DNA of 64,000 nt from Marsupella aquatica (GCA_973895155.1 OZ316894.1:6058368-6122367); one strand, 5' to 3'; positions 1-14,905 are shown, counted from the stretch's first letter. Notes: a model not told the origin generated them from the letters alone. Numbers and translations: made by a program.

Positions 1-1278
1 AGAGGTGAACTCTTTCCCATGTTCAACCTTTATGAAAAGTCAAGGATGTGCACAGAGGGTAGACTGGAGTGGCGATTTGTACTAAAGTTAAAGTGTATAG
101 TACTTTTCTTGCTCTAGTTTGCCTTGTTTCGATATGATTTGTGGACGTCGAGTGTTGGGTACTCCATTAGATGTTTGGCTCTTTCATAGAATAGCAGCCT
201 TCGATGGATTTTGTCCGCTTGGTTGAACTGAAAGAGTACATTTGTGAACCACTATATCAATGATTCAAGCTTCGAGGTCACCATTAGATTTTGTGAAACG
301 ATCTGGGAGGCATGAACACTGAACGATACCAATGTAAGAGTCTAGTTGAGCCTTGAAATCCCCCTCTAGAAATTGCTTGTGCATCTGAGAAATGACAAGT
401 TGACTGAACTTTTATAACTTAGAGGGTAGGTGTGGCCAGAACTTGGGGTTTTGGTGTACTTTAGTGCCTCTGGAAACCTACTTTGAATATTTTTCTCCTT
501 TGCCCATTTACTTAACATAAAACTTGGTCAGGAGGGCGTAATCAAAGTCCTCTTGAGGTACCGGTTTTCAGCAGTTTTTGAAGGTGAGACAGACTATTCT
601 GTTTGGCGAATTCAGAGGAAACCCGTGAGGCAATGCTTGATTGAAATATGGCAGTAAGAGGAGCAAGGGATTTATTATTTATGGTTAGTATAGCTTTGAA
701 GCCTTTTAGGTCTGCGTTAGGGTGCTGGAGCAGCAGGCTACCATTACATGTAAGTACTGTGCTGGGGCAGAAGTAGAGGCCGGAGATTTCCGGTAGGGAA
801 TCACCTCATCAAGTTTACTGCTACGGGAATGGATGGGGTGCCCATTGAAATACAGAAAAGTCAACCCTACATGACATTATAAAGTCGAGGCTTTCCCGTA
901 CAGCCAGTTTTCGCTTGTAGTTGCTGGACAATTTTTCTCGAATTTGGTTACAAAGATGCGCGCCAATACATCATAACAGCCGCTGGACTTTGGTAATGTT
1001 AACACCAAAGATCCGAATGTCCACCTTTAGGTCGTATTGTTTTGTCAAACTGAACTTTTCAAGTACCACCTAAGTGCCCGAAACCAGGGTAGCCTTGGCT
1101 CGGTGCAATGTTTCGTTAAGATTGTCTTTAAAGGACAACGGAGCCCCCTTTTGAACAGAGAGAGTAACGGAAAAACTGGTGTGTTTCCGAAATTACTGCC
1201 GTCCATAGAATGGCTAACAGGTCACTTTGTTGTGCATGAAACAGATGGTGTGTAATGAGAACGGCGTTGAATCTTCAG

Positions 1279-4200
1279 ACAACATTTCTCCTGTATATTC
1301 ATTATGGGCAACATTTATTGGACTATATGTCGCCAACTATGTTGTGGAGCGGTCAACTGGGTATGAAGTTCGTCTTGAAGAAAGATGCAAGTTTACCCTA
1401 AAGTAGAACAAGGCAAATTAAGGGCCGTAGTCTGCAATGCTACTGATTTTCTTTGTTTATTACAGTGATGTTTTTGCCATATACTTACGTACGTCATTCG
1501 TCAGGCACTCTTTTAGGTTTCCAATGAGGGTCAAGCTTGTAGTTGCCAGATGATCAACAATTCTGGATGCTTGAAACGGCCATCAGTTTAAGTGCCTAAA
1601 CGATGCTGTTACATCCTGCAGTAAAGCGTTGCCTGGCTGTTGTCGCAGGTGGGCTCTAACACATCCAGATTCAGATCCTGACACACTTCAGGAAAGTACG
1701 GAAACGCATCCAGACTTTTTGGACATGGTGCCTTGGTACTCAGGGTGAGTATTCAGGATCAGATGGAAAATCGTCTTCGGATAAATTAATGTATGGCGAT
1801 GCTTCCAGATTACTAATAGTTGTCTCGCTCATCCATGGGTCAGGACTTCTGCTGATTTGTTCAAGACTGCATTCGATCTTTTGGTGTCTGTGACCCTATT
1901 TCTTGGCCGGTTCGACATGCGAACTATGCAGGTAGGTAGACTGCAAGAAAACGAATTTCCGGCTACGTAACTATCTACCTTTTTTACTTTTGTGAAGTGC
2001 AGTTGAAACGTAAGACCTGTATTTAGAAGTTGATTTTCGTACTCTCCCCTTTTGGGGCATAATTTGCAATTTGGTACGGGATTGAAGTTGATCACCTGGG
2101 TTGGTTGACTTGTATGCTGCAATAGGCCGCAATGACAAAAGCACAACAACATGGTGAAAATCAAAATCAGATTTACAGTCAGCTTAGTTCAAGGAAAGAG
2201 CTCTGGTTTGATTTCATGGCTGATACCGGTGATGGAGGAAATTCAACTTATGGGGTAGCGCGTCTTCTGGCCCAGCCTTATCTTCAAGTACCTGACACTG
2301 AAGGTCACTACCGGACCCTTCCTCGAGGCAATCTGATGATCATCGGTGGTGATCTTGCGTAAGTCAAAGAATAGCTCCCATGATATAGCATGTTGCATGT
2401 AACGACCCTTGTCAGTTGTTGGCCAGCTGTGATAACGTCTTTCTATCTGGACCGTTACTTCAGTTACCCTATCAAATATTGCAAGCACATCAATCGGTGT
2501 TCAATGATGCCAATCATACCTTTTTAATCGAGTAATGAAGTAAAAAGCGCTCCTTGGAACAAATCTTCTGCAAATCTCTGAGTACTTCGTGTTTCATTCG
2601 AATGCGACTTATTGCCCAAAACTACGTTCTAAGTTAGCTCTGTTGAAGTCTTTCTAAGCTTGCAAAGTGAAATTGCAGGTATCCCAACCCTTCGACTTTT
2701 TCGTACGAAGAGCGTTTCTTTCGCCCTTTTCAGTACGCTCTGCAGCCTCCTGAATCATTCAAAGCTGAGCACATAGCAGTGCAGAAGCCCGAACTTCCTG
2801 AAGGGGTAAAGTCCCTTGAAGAATATGATGGGCCTCAGTGTTTTGCTATTCCTGGAAATCACGGTGAGGGCCCAATGAATACTCACTTTGAATAATCCAT
2901 GTGGATCCTTTCGACTCAGGCATACTCTGCTGTCATGTATTCTCTACTTGAAAGAGGGTTCTTCACAGAGATTCTCGGTTATGTGTTTCATCTCCAATTT
3001 GATCTGCTGAATCTCATTGTTCTGTTCAACTGTAATGGATACAGACTGGTTTGATGGCCTGGACACATTCATGAGATTCATCTGTCACAGGAGCTGGTTG
3101 GGTGGCTGGTTGATGCCACAAGAGAAGAGTTATTTTGCGCTGCAGCTTCCTCACGGCTGGTGGATCTTTGGTCTTGATCAAGCTTTGCATGGAGACATTG
3201 ACGTCTTCCAATTCAAGTATTTTATTGATGTGATTAGGGACAATGTATGTACTTCTAACTATGTACTTATGCTTTGTGTCTACAGCTGGTTTGCTAGTAA
3301 GAGAGAGTGAGTCTATTGGAACCCGTCTCACTCCTACGCCAGTTTTTTGTAACCAATGTAACAAGTTATTGCTCCAGATTTCATCATTTAATTATCGTAA
3401 GATTTATGCCCTTATTGGTCCCTCTTAACATTCATCAATATCACTTGAATTGTCCCGCATTGTCACCATGCAAGTTTAAATTACACAGATATAATTCAGA
3501 AAACGGTCTTAAGTTGCATACATCACAATGAAACCAAATAAGCAAGATACGCAGTAAATATGAACTTCTATGCTTGTTTTGATTCATGAAGGGCTCATTC
3601 GAGATTCGGGATATTCTGGTGGGTCCAGGTAAAGAACACGGATTCAGTAATTGTCGTAACACATGAGCCAAATTGGCTCTTGGATTGGTACTGGGGCAGT
3701 CTGACTGGAAGGAATGTTGCCCACTTGATCAAAGATCACTTGAATGGCCGATGTCGCTTGCGACTTGCTGGAGATTTGCATCATTTTATGCGGCATTCTG
3801 CCCTTCCTTCAGGAACTGCTCCAGCTGTGCAACATCTATTGGTGAATGGATGTGGTGGAGCTTTTCTTCACCCCACCCATGTCTTTGCCGGATTTCGTCA
3901 ATCTCAAGGGACCCCTTATGAGAAAATGGCGGCCTTCCCGTCTTTTGATGACTCTCGAAGGGTATTTAATCTGGATCTCAAGGACTTCTGGTTGCTTTTA
4001 TTCTGGTCAGTTGAAGAGGCAAAGGTTCATGAACTTTGTTCTGGAATTGTTGTGTGGAAGGTTTGACAGATGATTCTCATAGAATAAGGTAGAGTTATGG
4101 AGATCTTAGAAAGCTTTTTGTTGTCTCTTGGGATTTCTTAACATCGGAGTGGGGGTCCAGCCTATTTCATCTACGTTGAGGGCCAGTCTTTCAATATTTC

Positions 4201-6289
4201 GTGTATGAAGAGAAGGCGACTACGTTTCAATTGTAGCAATTCGTATGAGGATTGACTTCTCCTTGATTTTCCTTCGTGCAGATCGCATTGGGGAATATAT
4301 TAAAATTTCGGAAGAAGAATTGGCGTTTTGATGTAATTGGAGGTGTTGTTTACTTCATTCTGGTGTTCTCTATGTTTCCACAAGTGAGTCTCTCTGCTCC
4401 TGACAAAGAGTTCATCCAAGAAACTATTGCGATTTTGTGTCCAATTATGAAAAACTTGTACATTGGATCATTTGCCTTCTTCAGGTGACACCTTTCCAGT
4501 TTTAACAGATCTCTCGTTGACCAGACTTGTCAAATTTCAGTTCTTGAGTAGTACTAATGTACTGTTTGATCCTGTTTTTCAGTGTCATTTGGATGGAATT
4601 TTACAAGACGATTCAATGATGGGACACTTTCAAAAGTTTTGGACAGGGATGGGGCATGCCTTCTTGGACATGTTGGAGCATTCTTATATTTCAGTTGCAG
4701 GCTTTCTTATTCTTTTGATGTTATCCATCCTATTTGTCCCTGTGAAAGTTTCTCGACGGAAGCGGATCATCATAGGTCTGATTCATGTAGCTGCGCATCT
4801 CACAGCAGCCATGATTCTCATGCTGCTTCTAGAGCTGGGCATTGAGACCTGTGTTCGCCACCAACTTCTTGGAAATACAGGTACTCAGCGAAGTACAAGT
4901 ACCAGGGTGGGAAGGGCAGTTATAGAGCTTACTTTTCCTGAGAATTATTTCCTTGTAAAAAAAGGGTTAGAATTTTGGAAAACTTTAAGTTAGCTGCAGA
5001 ATACACTGGACAATTTTAATTTTCTTTTAATCATGATATGGCAGGTTATCACACTTTATATGACTGGTATCACTCCAAAGAAAATGAACATTTTCCTGAT
5101 CCGACGGGGCTCAGAGCTCGAATCGAATTCTGGACATTGGGCCTCTACCCAGCATGCATCAAGTATCTCATGGCTGCTTTTGATATACCTGAGGTAATGA
5201 AATACTATTACTCTCCTTTTCTCGTCCACATGATATCGCTTAGTCTATTACGCAATATTGATTTCGCCGGGTAGGTCTGGATCTTCGCGATGCCTAAATG
5301 ATTTCCGCTATTTTAAAAGTTGCAAGCAAAGAGTTCCCTTTTCATCACAATTATCTGAAAGGTTGTGCCAGTCATGAGGTAATCACAGTCTTCAATAACT
5401 ATTCATTCTACAAATTCTGAATAAACCACTCGTGGGTCTTGCAGGTGATGGCTGTGACCCGGAGTGACATTTGCAAAAATGGGCTTGATAGTCTTCCTCG
5501 GGGATTTGTTATTGCCTATTATCTCTCTGTGTTCTTATATTACTGGGTCTTCTCAACCCCAGTTGTCTCGCTGATTTTCGGAAGCTACCTATATGCCTGT
5601 GTCAATTGGTTTCATCTGCATTTTGATGAGGCCTATTCATCTCTACGGATCGCAAACTACAAGTCCTTCACCCGCTGTCACATTACTACTGAGGGTAACC
5701 TGGAAGTTATCACTCTCGCAGTTGACAAGGTTTGACCACAGTCCTCTCGGCTCCGAGTCGTACAGACTTTGAACATGATGGATATCCTGTTTTGTGTGAA
5801 TTGTTTGACTTGTTGCATCTTTTCTGCATTCCTGCATCTGCGTTCAGAGACTGGGTAGTTGCCTTCATCAGATGTGGAGGAATGCCAAACAGGCCAATGA
5901 AAGCGAAGAATGTATGTATTGAGATCACTCTGGATTGTGACGAACGATAACCTGGGTCATGGACATGAATGATGTTTACTTTATTAATGCGATTGGGACT
6001 TTTTCTTTGAGGGAACTAACAACGATTGAGATCGTGCTGGGACTGTGTACAGGTTCCAAAGGAGTGGGCTCTTGATCCTCATTGGGAGGCAGAACAAGCA
6101 TCCGAGAAAGGAGTTATTTCTCACATTCGTGAATATCCAAGTCAGTGGACGCCAGTAGGTCTTTACCGCGACAGAAACTCCAATGTACGTATAATTGATA
6201 GGTTCGTGATTGAGAAACTTTCAGATTCCAATAAGATCAGCGTAACCTCTCAGGCACCAAATTCAGCACCGAATTCAACAAATTCTTGA
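1279..6289 (+). CDS. Calcineurin-like metallophosphoesterase superfamily membrane protein (At4g11800/At4g23000-like), 5' part outside the window
   Basis: GT-AG exons approx 1279-1360, 1649-1744, 1844-1931, 2126-2358, 2679-2863, 3045-3244, 3629-3961, 4282-4383, 4583-4880, 5045-5193, 5445-5729, 6053-6289(TGA). Motifs DFMADTGDGGNSTY, IIGGDLAYP, IPGNHDWFDGL, THEPNW, AGDLHHFMRH, VNGCGGAFLHPTH, HFDEAYSSLRIANYKSF. Confidence 0.92.
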
Positions 6290-8340
6290 AGCATATTTTG
6301 GAAAATATTGTTAAACCTGTACAAATTGCTCAGAGTAGGAGGTTCCACTTTGTATAGGATATATTCTTGTCATCCTGAACTGTATTCACCTTCAATACAG
6401 GAGCATCATGTTGCTCAGAAGTCGCAGAAGTAGTAATAGAATGTGAAACAATTGAAAGTAATGAAGGTCGTAGGTCGGCAGTTCGTTTAGAAGCTCTCGT
6501 GATAGTGAGAGGCGAGTAGAACGTACAGAGCAGAACTTTTCATACAATTTGCAGTTCAATTCACTCAAATGACCCACCTATATTATAGGTATTTGGCTCT
6601 TGTACCATAGCAACGGCATACAGTATTCGGTTTTGCATTGCATTGCATTGCATAAGCCGCTTATGCATTGGAAACGTGAATAATATTGCACTTGAGACTG
6701 TATCCATGGATGCTACATTCTCTTGGAAGCATCACGCAAATGATTGTCAAAGGGCTGACGTTTTGTAGGAGTTTTGATGTTCCAAATGCCTATGTTTTCC
6801 TGTAGTTCGAGGATAATATCTCGTTGTGGGTTACAGCACAGATGCACAGATGTCTCCTATGTAGTCTTCAGCTTAATACTTCAGAGTAGCTTCTCTGACA
6901 CTGATTAAAGCTCTAAACACCTACTTTACCAATCAAAGGTTATCACTCTGGAGGTTCCCAACACAAGTAACATGTGGCACGGTATCAGGCACGCCAAGAA
7001 GGAAGACCTCACCAAATCTAATTACCCAAATATCCCATGTCATCCTAGTCTTGACTTTGATACAAAAAGCATTTTGGGATCCGATCTGTGCTCAAAGGTC
7101 TGGATGGAGATCCCATCAGCCTATAGTTTACATAAAGAAACACTCATTTTAGAAAATGTTCATTTCACCATTGCTAGTTTATAACCTTTGATACACCAGA
7201 TGCAATACATGATGTCATCAATACTTCTCCCCAAGAAACTATTGGCCAAGATGTTCATTGCGAGTATTTATTAGTGATCAAGCAAAGTAGTGTGAATAGG
7301 AAACTGCACTAGCTTCTCTCTTCACAACTAACTTAATCATGTATAGGGTAGTATGTGTATACCAGCTTGATGCTCATGCATAGCACACAATATGTTGAGG
7401 ATAAAGACATTTTATGTGTCATTGCGACCAATTTGTTGTTGCAACCATGCAATCATCCCGATCATGTTGTTGTCATGGCTATGTTATCGGGTGTGCAAAG
7501 ATTGAATTGAATTTAAGGCAATCATCACAATGAAGACATAATGCATAAGATGCTTAAACAATATGTGCACATGCTAAATATCCTGGTGTCATGGTCATCT
7601 CATCTTGTTCATATCCCATCCCTGTCTCATTCATTCTTGCCAACCTTCACCTTACCTTCTCTTTGCCTTAGAATATCATTTCTTACATACATTCCTTAGA
7701 ATCTGGTTGTAATACTCTCATACACCCTACCCACAAATGCTGTACTGCCATTTGAGATTGCGGAAATATTCTAAATTACTCCCCCAAAACAAATCTGATT
7801 AACAATATTCTGCTTTTCCTCGAATAACAATATTCTGCTTTTGAACCATAGAGCACACAAATTTCATAGACTTGGAGTGAAAGCATGAAAAAATGAACTT
7901 TTCAGCTGAAAATGAGTGAAAAGTGATTCTACAAAATGTGAATATTAAAATGTGAAGATTCTACAAAATGTGAATGGAAATCTTCATTAAATGGTTTTCT
8001 TAGTTGAAAAGGAGTAAAAAATGATTCTGTTAAAGAATATTAAATTTTTTTCTCTTGCATTGATAACTTGAGCAATCTACCCAGATAAAGAAGGTGTCCT
8101 CTTGCATCAAACCTATTGGTAAGGTTTCTTAACCCTAATCCTGCACATCATTTGAAAAAAAGATGTTAAAAATGACTCATCAAATGAAACTTGAGTGTAC
8201 AAACATGTTTATAGACAAGACATCTTGGGCCAGCGGTCTCTGCAAACTTTGTGAATTAGTTGTTGTGGTCACATTTTTCTCTACCTGCTGACTGCAATCT
8301 TTGTGAGTTGTAAGAGTAAATCTTACTTTGATGTTTTTCA

Positions 8341-8675
8341 TTACGGACCCCACTAGAGGTCCCTTCCAAAATTCCTGGCACCACAGCGTGCCATGTCAAC
8401 AACAATCGCAGCAAACAAGACTCGTCGGTTTTGTGAATCAAACTTATAGTTTTCATTCGTGTTTGTGTCAATTTGGGTGTAAATTTTGGGATACCGTGCC
8501 GTAAAAAGAAAAGTAAAAACATTGGAAATGCAAAGAGCAAGACGGTTAAAACTGTCACTAGGTAACCGTTTTAGTTACATTTCCAATTTTAAAACTTAAA
8601 TTCAAAGATTTATAAAAAGTATTTTTCATATAATAAATAATGACTAATAATTAACTTGATAACTTCCTTGTTAAA
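8341..8675 (+). repeat. Dispersed repeat (probable DNA-transposon terminal fragment), copy 1
   Basis: TTACGGACCCCACTAGA...AACTTCCTTGTTAAA is about 90% identical by eye to 36891-37225; a diverged reverse-strand copy lies at about 24630-24852. Confidence 0.85.
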
Positions 8676-10355
8676 CCGCAACTCCCGGTATGTAAGGACC
8701 TCTCGTATTGTACGGCCATTAATGTTGTGAAGAGCACATAGAAACCCAGGATTGGGGAGGAGGCATGGCTGGAATCTTGAAAGTTCATTGAATTTTATAC
8801 TCAAAACTATTTACTCATTCTCAAAACAAAAAATACCCAGTCGTAGATCTCATTGAGATCTTTCTTTTGCACCCTAGATCGCCTTCTAACATGGATAAAT
8901 AAGATTTCTAGAGGCATTACAAAATGGACGGCAAAGATTGTAAAATCAACAAAATCGACAGCTAGGAAGGCTTGAATTTGTTTAATTTTTCATTTGAAAA
9001 ATATTAACCCATTTGCAAAACGGACAGAACCCATCCATAGATCTATTTGAGATCTTTCTTTTGAGCCATAGATTGGCCATTATGATGGACGGACGAGATT
9101 TCCGGAGATAAGAAATGGAGACGGCTCAGATCAACTCTTCCCCCTGATTTTATTAGCCAAGGGGTCCACGAACTAATTTATTAATTAATAATGACACCCA
9201 AAAAGATAAATTTATAATGATTAAAGCTCAGGGAAAGAAAACAACTAATACACCATGGGCTAACCCAAAAATTTACACTGTTCACCATAATTAGTGTTAT
9301 CTAAGAATTAAAGTTACTACCAAATTAATGTGTCTGGCACTAATTTGTGCCAGTTTTTCAAAATAGTTTTTTTTCCACTTTTATTTAAAATGTCACTAGT
9401 GAATGGGTGGATCTTGAGTCCAAAGTAACATTACTGCTATAAAAGAAATGTTTTTTTGCCCACTCATTTTCCACTCTACATTCCAAAGTAACACTAAGTC
9501 ATGTATGCTAAATTAGTGTGAGTAACACTAATTTTTGAGTAGAGCATAGATTCTTCCCTCAGTTCAAGTAAGCGGTATCGATAGGACTCCACTATTCGAG
9601 ATGTTCTGTGGGCACATATGTTGCGTGACAAAGTACCAAGATCCACCCTGTGAGTGGATTCGCAGCCCCATTTCTTTCTCCTAATGACATTCAGAAGAAT
9701 CATACAAATTTCTCAGCTTGCCAGATCTCCAATTGCAGGAGAGACGTAGAATTGACATATAGAGATCCCTTCTTTCGTTGTTTACAGAGTTTTATGGTAC
9801 CTTCCGTTTTCCATAATCTGGCCAGCTTTCTGCAGCTTGGGGTTACTGATCATACTTGTTCATAGCGAGAGATTCTACTCGAAGATCGTAATAACTCCTG
9901 GGCCTTTGATTGTTGTTGGCCCCTTACGGATGAAGTTCAGAATTGTAAGATTAAGAACCGAGCTGGTGAGACGGTACGGTTAAATTTCATGGAACACGAT
10001 ATTCGGGTCCTGGGCTTTCCATTGCTGTTGGGCGATACAGGGTTAGAGGAATGCCTTACATCCCATGGAGGTTTGCAGGATCTCCAATCGTTCGCTTGAG
10101 TGATGGAATGCGTGTTTTCTTGTAGAGGTAAGTGTTGACTTGTGATGTTCGTTCCACTGAACCGGAAGGTAGGGGTTTTAGAGTAGTTCAATGCTGGCGT
10201 TCTCAGAGAGCAGGGTTGGATAGATGACAGCTGCGAGATTGGAGATATCAAAGTGAGTGTGGGAAACCTGATTCTGAGGTGGTGGGTTACTTTCATCAGG
10301 AGGAGGCAATTCACTGGGGTTGTGCAGTTCTTCCGAAAAATCTTGTAAGGAAGAA

Positions 10356-13300
10356 ATGACTTCGTTCAAAAACATGTTGCTTCTTCTACTGTTTGCCATG
10401 CTGCTGATGGAAGACAGGGCATCTGCTTCTGCCTCAGAAGCTTCGCACACCAACAATTGGGCTGTCCTGGTTTGCACATCACGTTACTGGTACGTCGCTA
10501 GAAAGGTGCACTGGTATTGATGAGTGTAAGGTGATCAAGATTTCTGTGTCGTGTTTCACACTGGTTGCTCTCGGCTAACAGAGATTATTGTTTCTGGTTT
10601 CATGGCTCAATGGCGTTTTGTAAGCTTCAAGATATTACTCATCCCCCCTGTGTTGTATACTTGGCTCATATTGTTCCCGTTTAGTTGATTGCATCTCGCA
10701 TCATTATTCATGAGATTTGATGCAATTCAAACCCCAGACCTCCGGTGTTTTTGGGAGATGGGTAGTGCTAGATATACCGGTACCGGACGGAATTACGTAC
10801 TCCCTGGTGCCATAATATACCTCCGTAGGACAACCAGCAGTATACCCATACAGTTCGTAGGAAAATTCAATGGAGTCGATGCGACTGTTTTAATGTATGA
10901 CGCATTTCTCGGATTTCCAGACTGATGCTTGCCTGGAGGTATTTCAGGTTCAACTACCGACATATGGCCAACACACTTTCTCTGTACAGGTAGAGCATCT
11001 AGTTTTTAAAAGTTTCTTACTCAGCCGACGTTATCATATTTTCTCGAGCTAAATGTAAATGGCTAGGGTATCAACCTTGGGGCTTTGATTATTCTCTTGC
11101 ACTTTCTTGGAACGATACTGATTTCAATCCTCGTCTCCCTTACAATTGATCTACTGGAAAGCTAAGTAGGGCCTGGTGCAGCATGGAAACTCACTTGTAA
11201 TCCGTTCCTGGCAATTCCTATCGTTTTCAGGACAGTGAAGCGGTTAGGGATACCCGATGATCATATTATTCTGATGCTTGCGGATGACATGGCTTGCAAT
11301 GCAAGAAACAAGTATCCTGCCCAAGTCTTCAATAATGAGAACCACCGACTCAACTTGTATGGTGACAATGTTGAAGTAAGTCATCTCCTAGTTGGTGTGG
11401 AACTGTTTGGGACATTCTGAAAATTTCCTGAGCCGATAAACAAGAGGTTCCCTTTTAGTTCTAAGGTGGTTAGCTTAAACCACCTCTATTACAAGAAAAT
11501 TCTGATAATACCAGAACTCACCCTATTTAGTATCAGTTTCTTTAAATTGTGGAGGAGACTGGCATGATAGAGGAGGCCACTGACTGAAACGTGCAAAAAG
11601 GGGAGGTTTTGGACTTCTCCGATATATAGTGCCAGTAGTGGTTTGATGACTGGTATTCTGGAGCCTGACCAATTCTTTGTGGGCTCCTGTTTTTGCAGGT
11701 GGACTACAGAGGTTATGAGGTTACGGTGGAGAATTTCCTGCATGTGCTGACTGGGAGGCATGACCCTGCAGTGCCTCGCTCAAAGCGACTGCTCAGTGAC
11801 GAGGGTAGTAACATATTGCTTTATATGACTGGTCATGGAGGCGACCAGTTTCTCAAGTTTCAGGATGCAGAAGAAATCCAAAGCCACGATCTTGCTGACG
11901 TATTTGCTCAAATGCATGAAAAGAAAAGGTCGGCATCTTGCCTACACAGCTCCTTCTTCAATGTAGATATCTGAGGAATTGACTTCCACTTACATGTCTT
12001 TTTTCAAGAGTGTAGGATTCACTTTTGACGGGAGTAAGATACGTGGATTAGCTTCTTGATCATGTTCTGCACCCCTGCAACTTTGTCTGAAGAAGCTCAT
12101 TGGATTCAAATTGCTTGGTACACCCTAGGTTTCTTTTTCCTGCATTATGAGTTGATGCGCTCCCGCTTATAATATAGCTATGGCGCAGGTATAGGGAGCT
12201 GTTAGTAATGGTGGATACGTGTCAAGCTGCCACTTTGCACTCCCAGGTATGCCGGTCATTGAATTCTGCGCAGGATTGTAAAGCGCTTTCCCTTTTTGGC
12301 CGACGGGTGCAGCAGGTTATCTGCAGCTCCACAGTGCTTGTGTTAGATGGAAGGGATGTTGTATGATGCTTTGTTATTTCAGCTTTTGCATGCTGACTTT
12401 TGATATTGTCACAGCTGTATTCACCAGGGTTGCTAGCAGTTGGGAGCAGTTTGAAAGGAGAAAATTCGTACTCTCACCATCTTGATTCAGATGTACGTCT
12501 TTCTCGCTAGCCTGCGGCTTCATTTTGATTGTTAGGAAGAAAACTAGCTAGTGAGCAATCCCGTACACTACTATTTCTAGTTTCTTTCTTGTGCCAAAGA
12601 ATTGTTTTCTAAATTGGGGCCTTGCGTGCAAAGTGAGCTGTTTTCGACCGTCATAGTTGTGCTAAGACAACAAAGGAAGAGTACATATCTGATATCTTCC
12701 TTCGATACCAACAATACAATATCAACACTGTCAGGGATAGTCTGCCATGAAGTTGTTTGTGGCACTGCTTCTGTTGAAATACGCTGCTTTATGTGTCCAC
12801 TTGGGTCTCTGAAAGCTGGAATTGTACCTTGGGAATTTTAGTCCTCTCATAGAATACTGATTTTGGAATTAGTCTCCCTGACATACGGTGTTTGAATTAT
12901 ATCAGGTGGGGGTGACAGTGGTAGACCGTTTTACCTATTACACTCTTCAGTTTTTCGAAGACCTTGATATTTCCTCCAATGCAACTATCCTAAGGTTATT
13001 GTCGCCCACCCAAATTGATGGTCCATAATAAGGTTACTTTGGTCACTTGAAGGATATCTGACTACTTCTGGATAAATATACTTAACATTCCCACTAGACT
13101 TTATCGAAGCAAGCATGCTTACGGATATCTTTGAAACGAAATGCTATTAATCCCACGGTTTAAATCTGATTGCTGGAAATCCTGTTTGTTCAGCCTGCTG
13201 CAAGCATACGATCCTAAGTTACTTGACTCAAACATGGATTATCGAAGTGACCTCTTCTCCCGACCACTAGATGAGGTACTTGTTTGCCTTCCTGCATGCT

Positions 13301-13880
13301 GTTTATTCGAGTGCCGTAGAGCTGCGGTCATCGAGTAGTATCAGTCTGACCTCACAGGAAGTTGTGAATGTCCATCTGATTTCCGACTGCCATTGTCATC
13401 AATAGGTTCTCTTGACAGACTTCTTTGGATCTGTGATGGAAGTGGAGCACACAACAACTGCATATCCGTATAAAGGTCGTACCGAGAAAGCCCCAAGGTC
13501 AGGGAAGGAAGAAGAGTATGCGGTAGCTGAAGACCGGATTTTTCAGAAAACAGCTGTAAAGGTAAGCAGTATGATAGGCCCTTTTATTTAGAGGCTCACT
13601 GTGTCGGATAAGTCGTTAGGGTAGATTTCAATGACAATGGACTGCAGTATTTGGTTGTGAGGACCATGCTAGCATATCCGCTAATTATTGTGGATATTGC
13701 ATTCCTGTCATGTGCTGGTGGCAGGCAAAAGACAGACTCCAAACCCCTGGTTGGGCTGCGTTGGGTTCAATTTCCGAAGGATTGGACATTCCAGTTGTTT
13801 TTGGACTCATTGTGCTTGCTGTCGCTGTGAGCATGTCATCCTTCTGGTATTCAGGGATTCCACAAGGAAAAGTGCGGTAA
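10356..13880 (+). CDS. GPI8: GPI-anchor transamidase catalytic subunit (peptidase C13)
   Basis: Exons 10356-10489, 10948-10989, 11231-11375, 11699-11928, 12189-12246, 12415-12492, 12906-12994, 13194-13275, 13406-13561, 13725-13880(TAA). Signal peptide, [23 protein letters not shown], catalytic GHGG and DTCQA motifs, C-terminal TM helix ([20 protein letters not shown]). Confidence 0.96.
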
Positions 13881-14851
13881 TGGTGTGGCAATTGGATGGA
13901 TCTAACCTTAGCCTGCTGAGCATCTCTGAATATTGTAGATGTTCACCCTGTCATCGGAGATGGGACCCACATTATTTACTCGGATGAACGACCTCGAAGT
14001 TTACTTGTGAGTACAAAGCGAGGGCATCCCAAATTCTGGTGCCAAAACAAGGAAGACATCGCTTTGCCAAGACATTGCCAAAATCCAAGCTCGTTAGTAA
14101 GTGTTTCTGGTTGTGATCCCACGCTGCAGGGCATATGACCCATGAGTGAGGTCACCTGAACGTCTGTTGGTAATTTGATTCGGAAGCCATTTATGCTATG
14201 AAGCAGGCCTCAGAAATTGTGCCCCAGATGCTTGGAAGGTCCTTATGGAAACCATTTGGCAGATACACCTGTGAGATGTGAGTCATCTGCACTGTGAAAT
14301 CTTGGATGTTTCGGTCCCCTCTGGACGTCACCGAGACCAAATATACTGGGAACACTCTTGTGTGCAAGAGTTGCAATCACAAGGGAGACATGGCTGCCAA
14401 TCGATTTATTCTTGGGCAACGGAAGTCATGTTTGTGCAATATGTCTGTTGACACGGCAGTGTTACTCAAAAGCCCATGACAACATTCGAAGTTCAGTACC
14501 AAGACATTACAAACCGAGTGCCAAGATTGTGCTCTGTGTGTACACGAAGGGGCATTTGTTCTCTTGCACGAATGAGATCTGCGTAGTGTTAATGGCGGCT
14601 GAACTTCAGATATAATTAGCTCCTTGCAGCTCACTTGCATATCATAATGAGAAGAAAATTTGCCTCTTCGTATTAATTTAGACTCAATCCTCGCCTCATA
14701 GGATTGCCCAAATAGGTGAATGGAAGTCCTGGCGGTTATCAAGCTAGATGTGATTTTTTTTTGAAATATTCATCCTTCACTCTGTCTGATTTAGCCAACA
14801 ACGCTGCTCTATTAACTATGGTTATGTGAATATTGACTAGTCTCCTATCAT

Positions 14852-14905
14852 AGTGTTCCAGTTCGAATAGAAACAAACGTTTGTTTCTATTCGAACTGGA
14901 ACACT
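14852..14905. repeat. 54-bp perfect spacerless palindrome
   Basis: AGTGTTCCAGTTCGAATAGAAACAAAC|GTTTGTTTCTATTCGAACTGGAACACT. Confidence 0.95.

Noticed and set aside
6940-7800. Possible decayed retroelement coding sequence (IDDI-like on the minus strand near 7215)
   Set aside because: No continuous frame or second motif was found.
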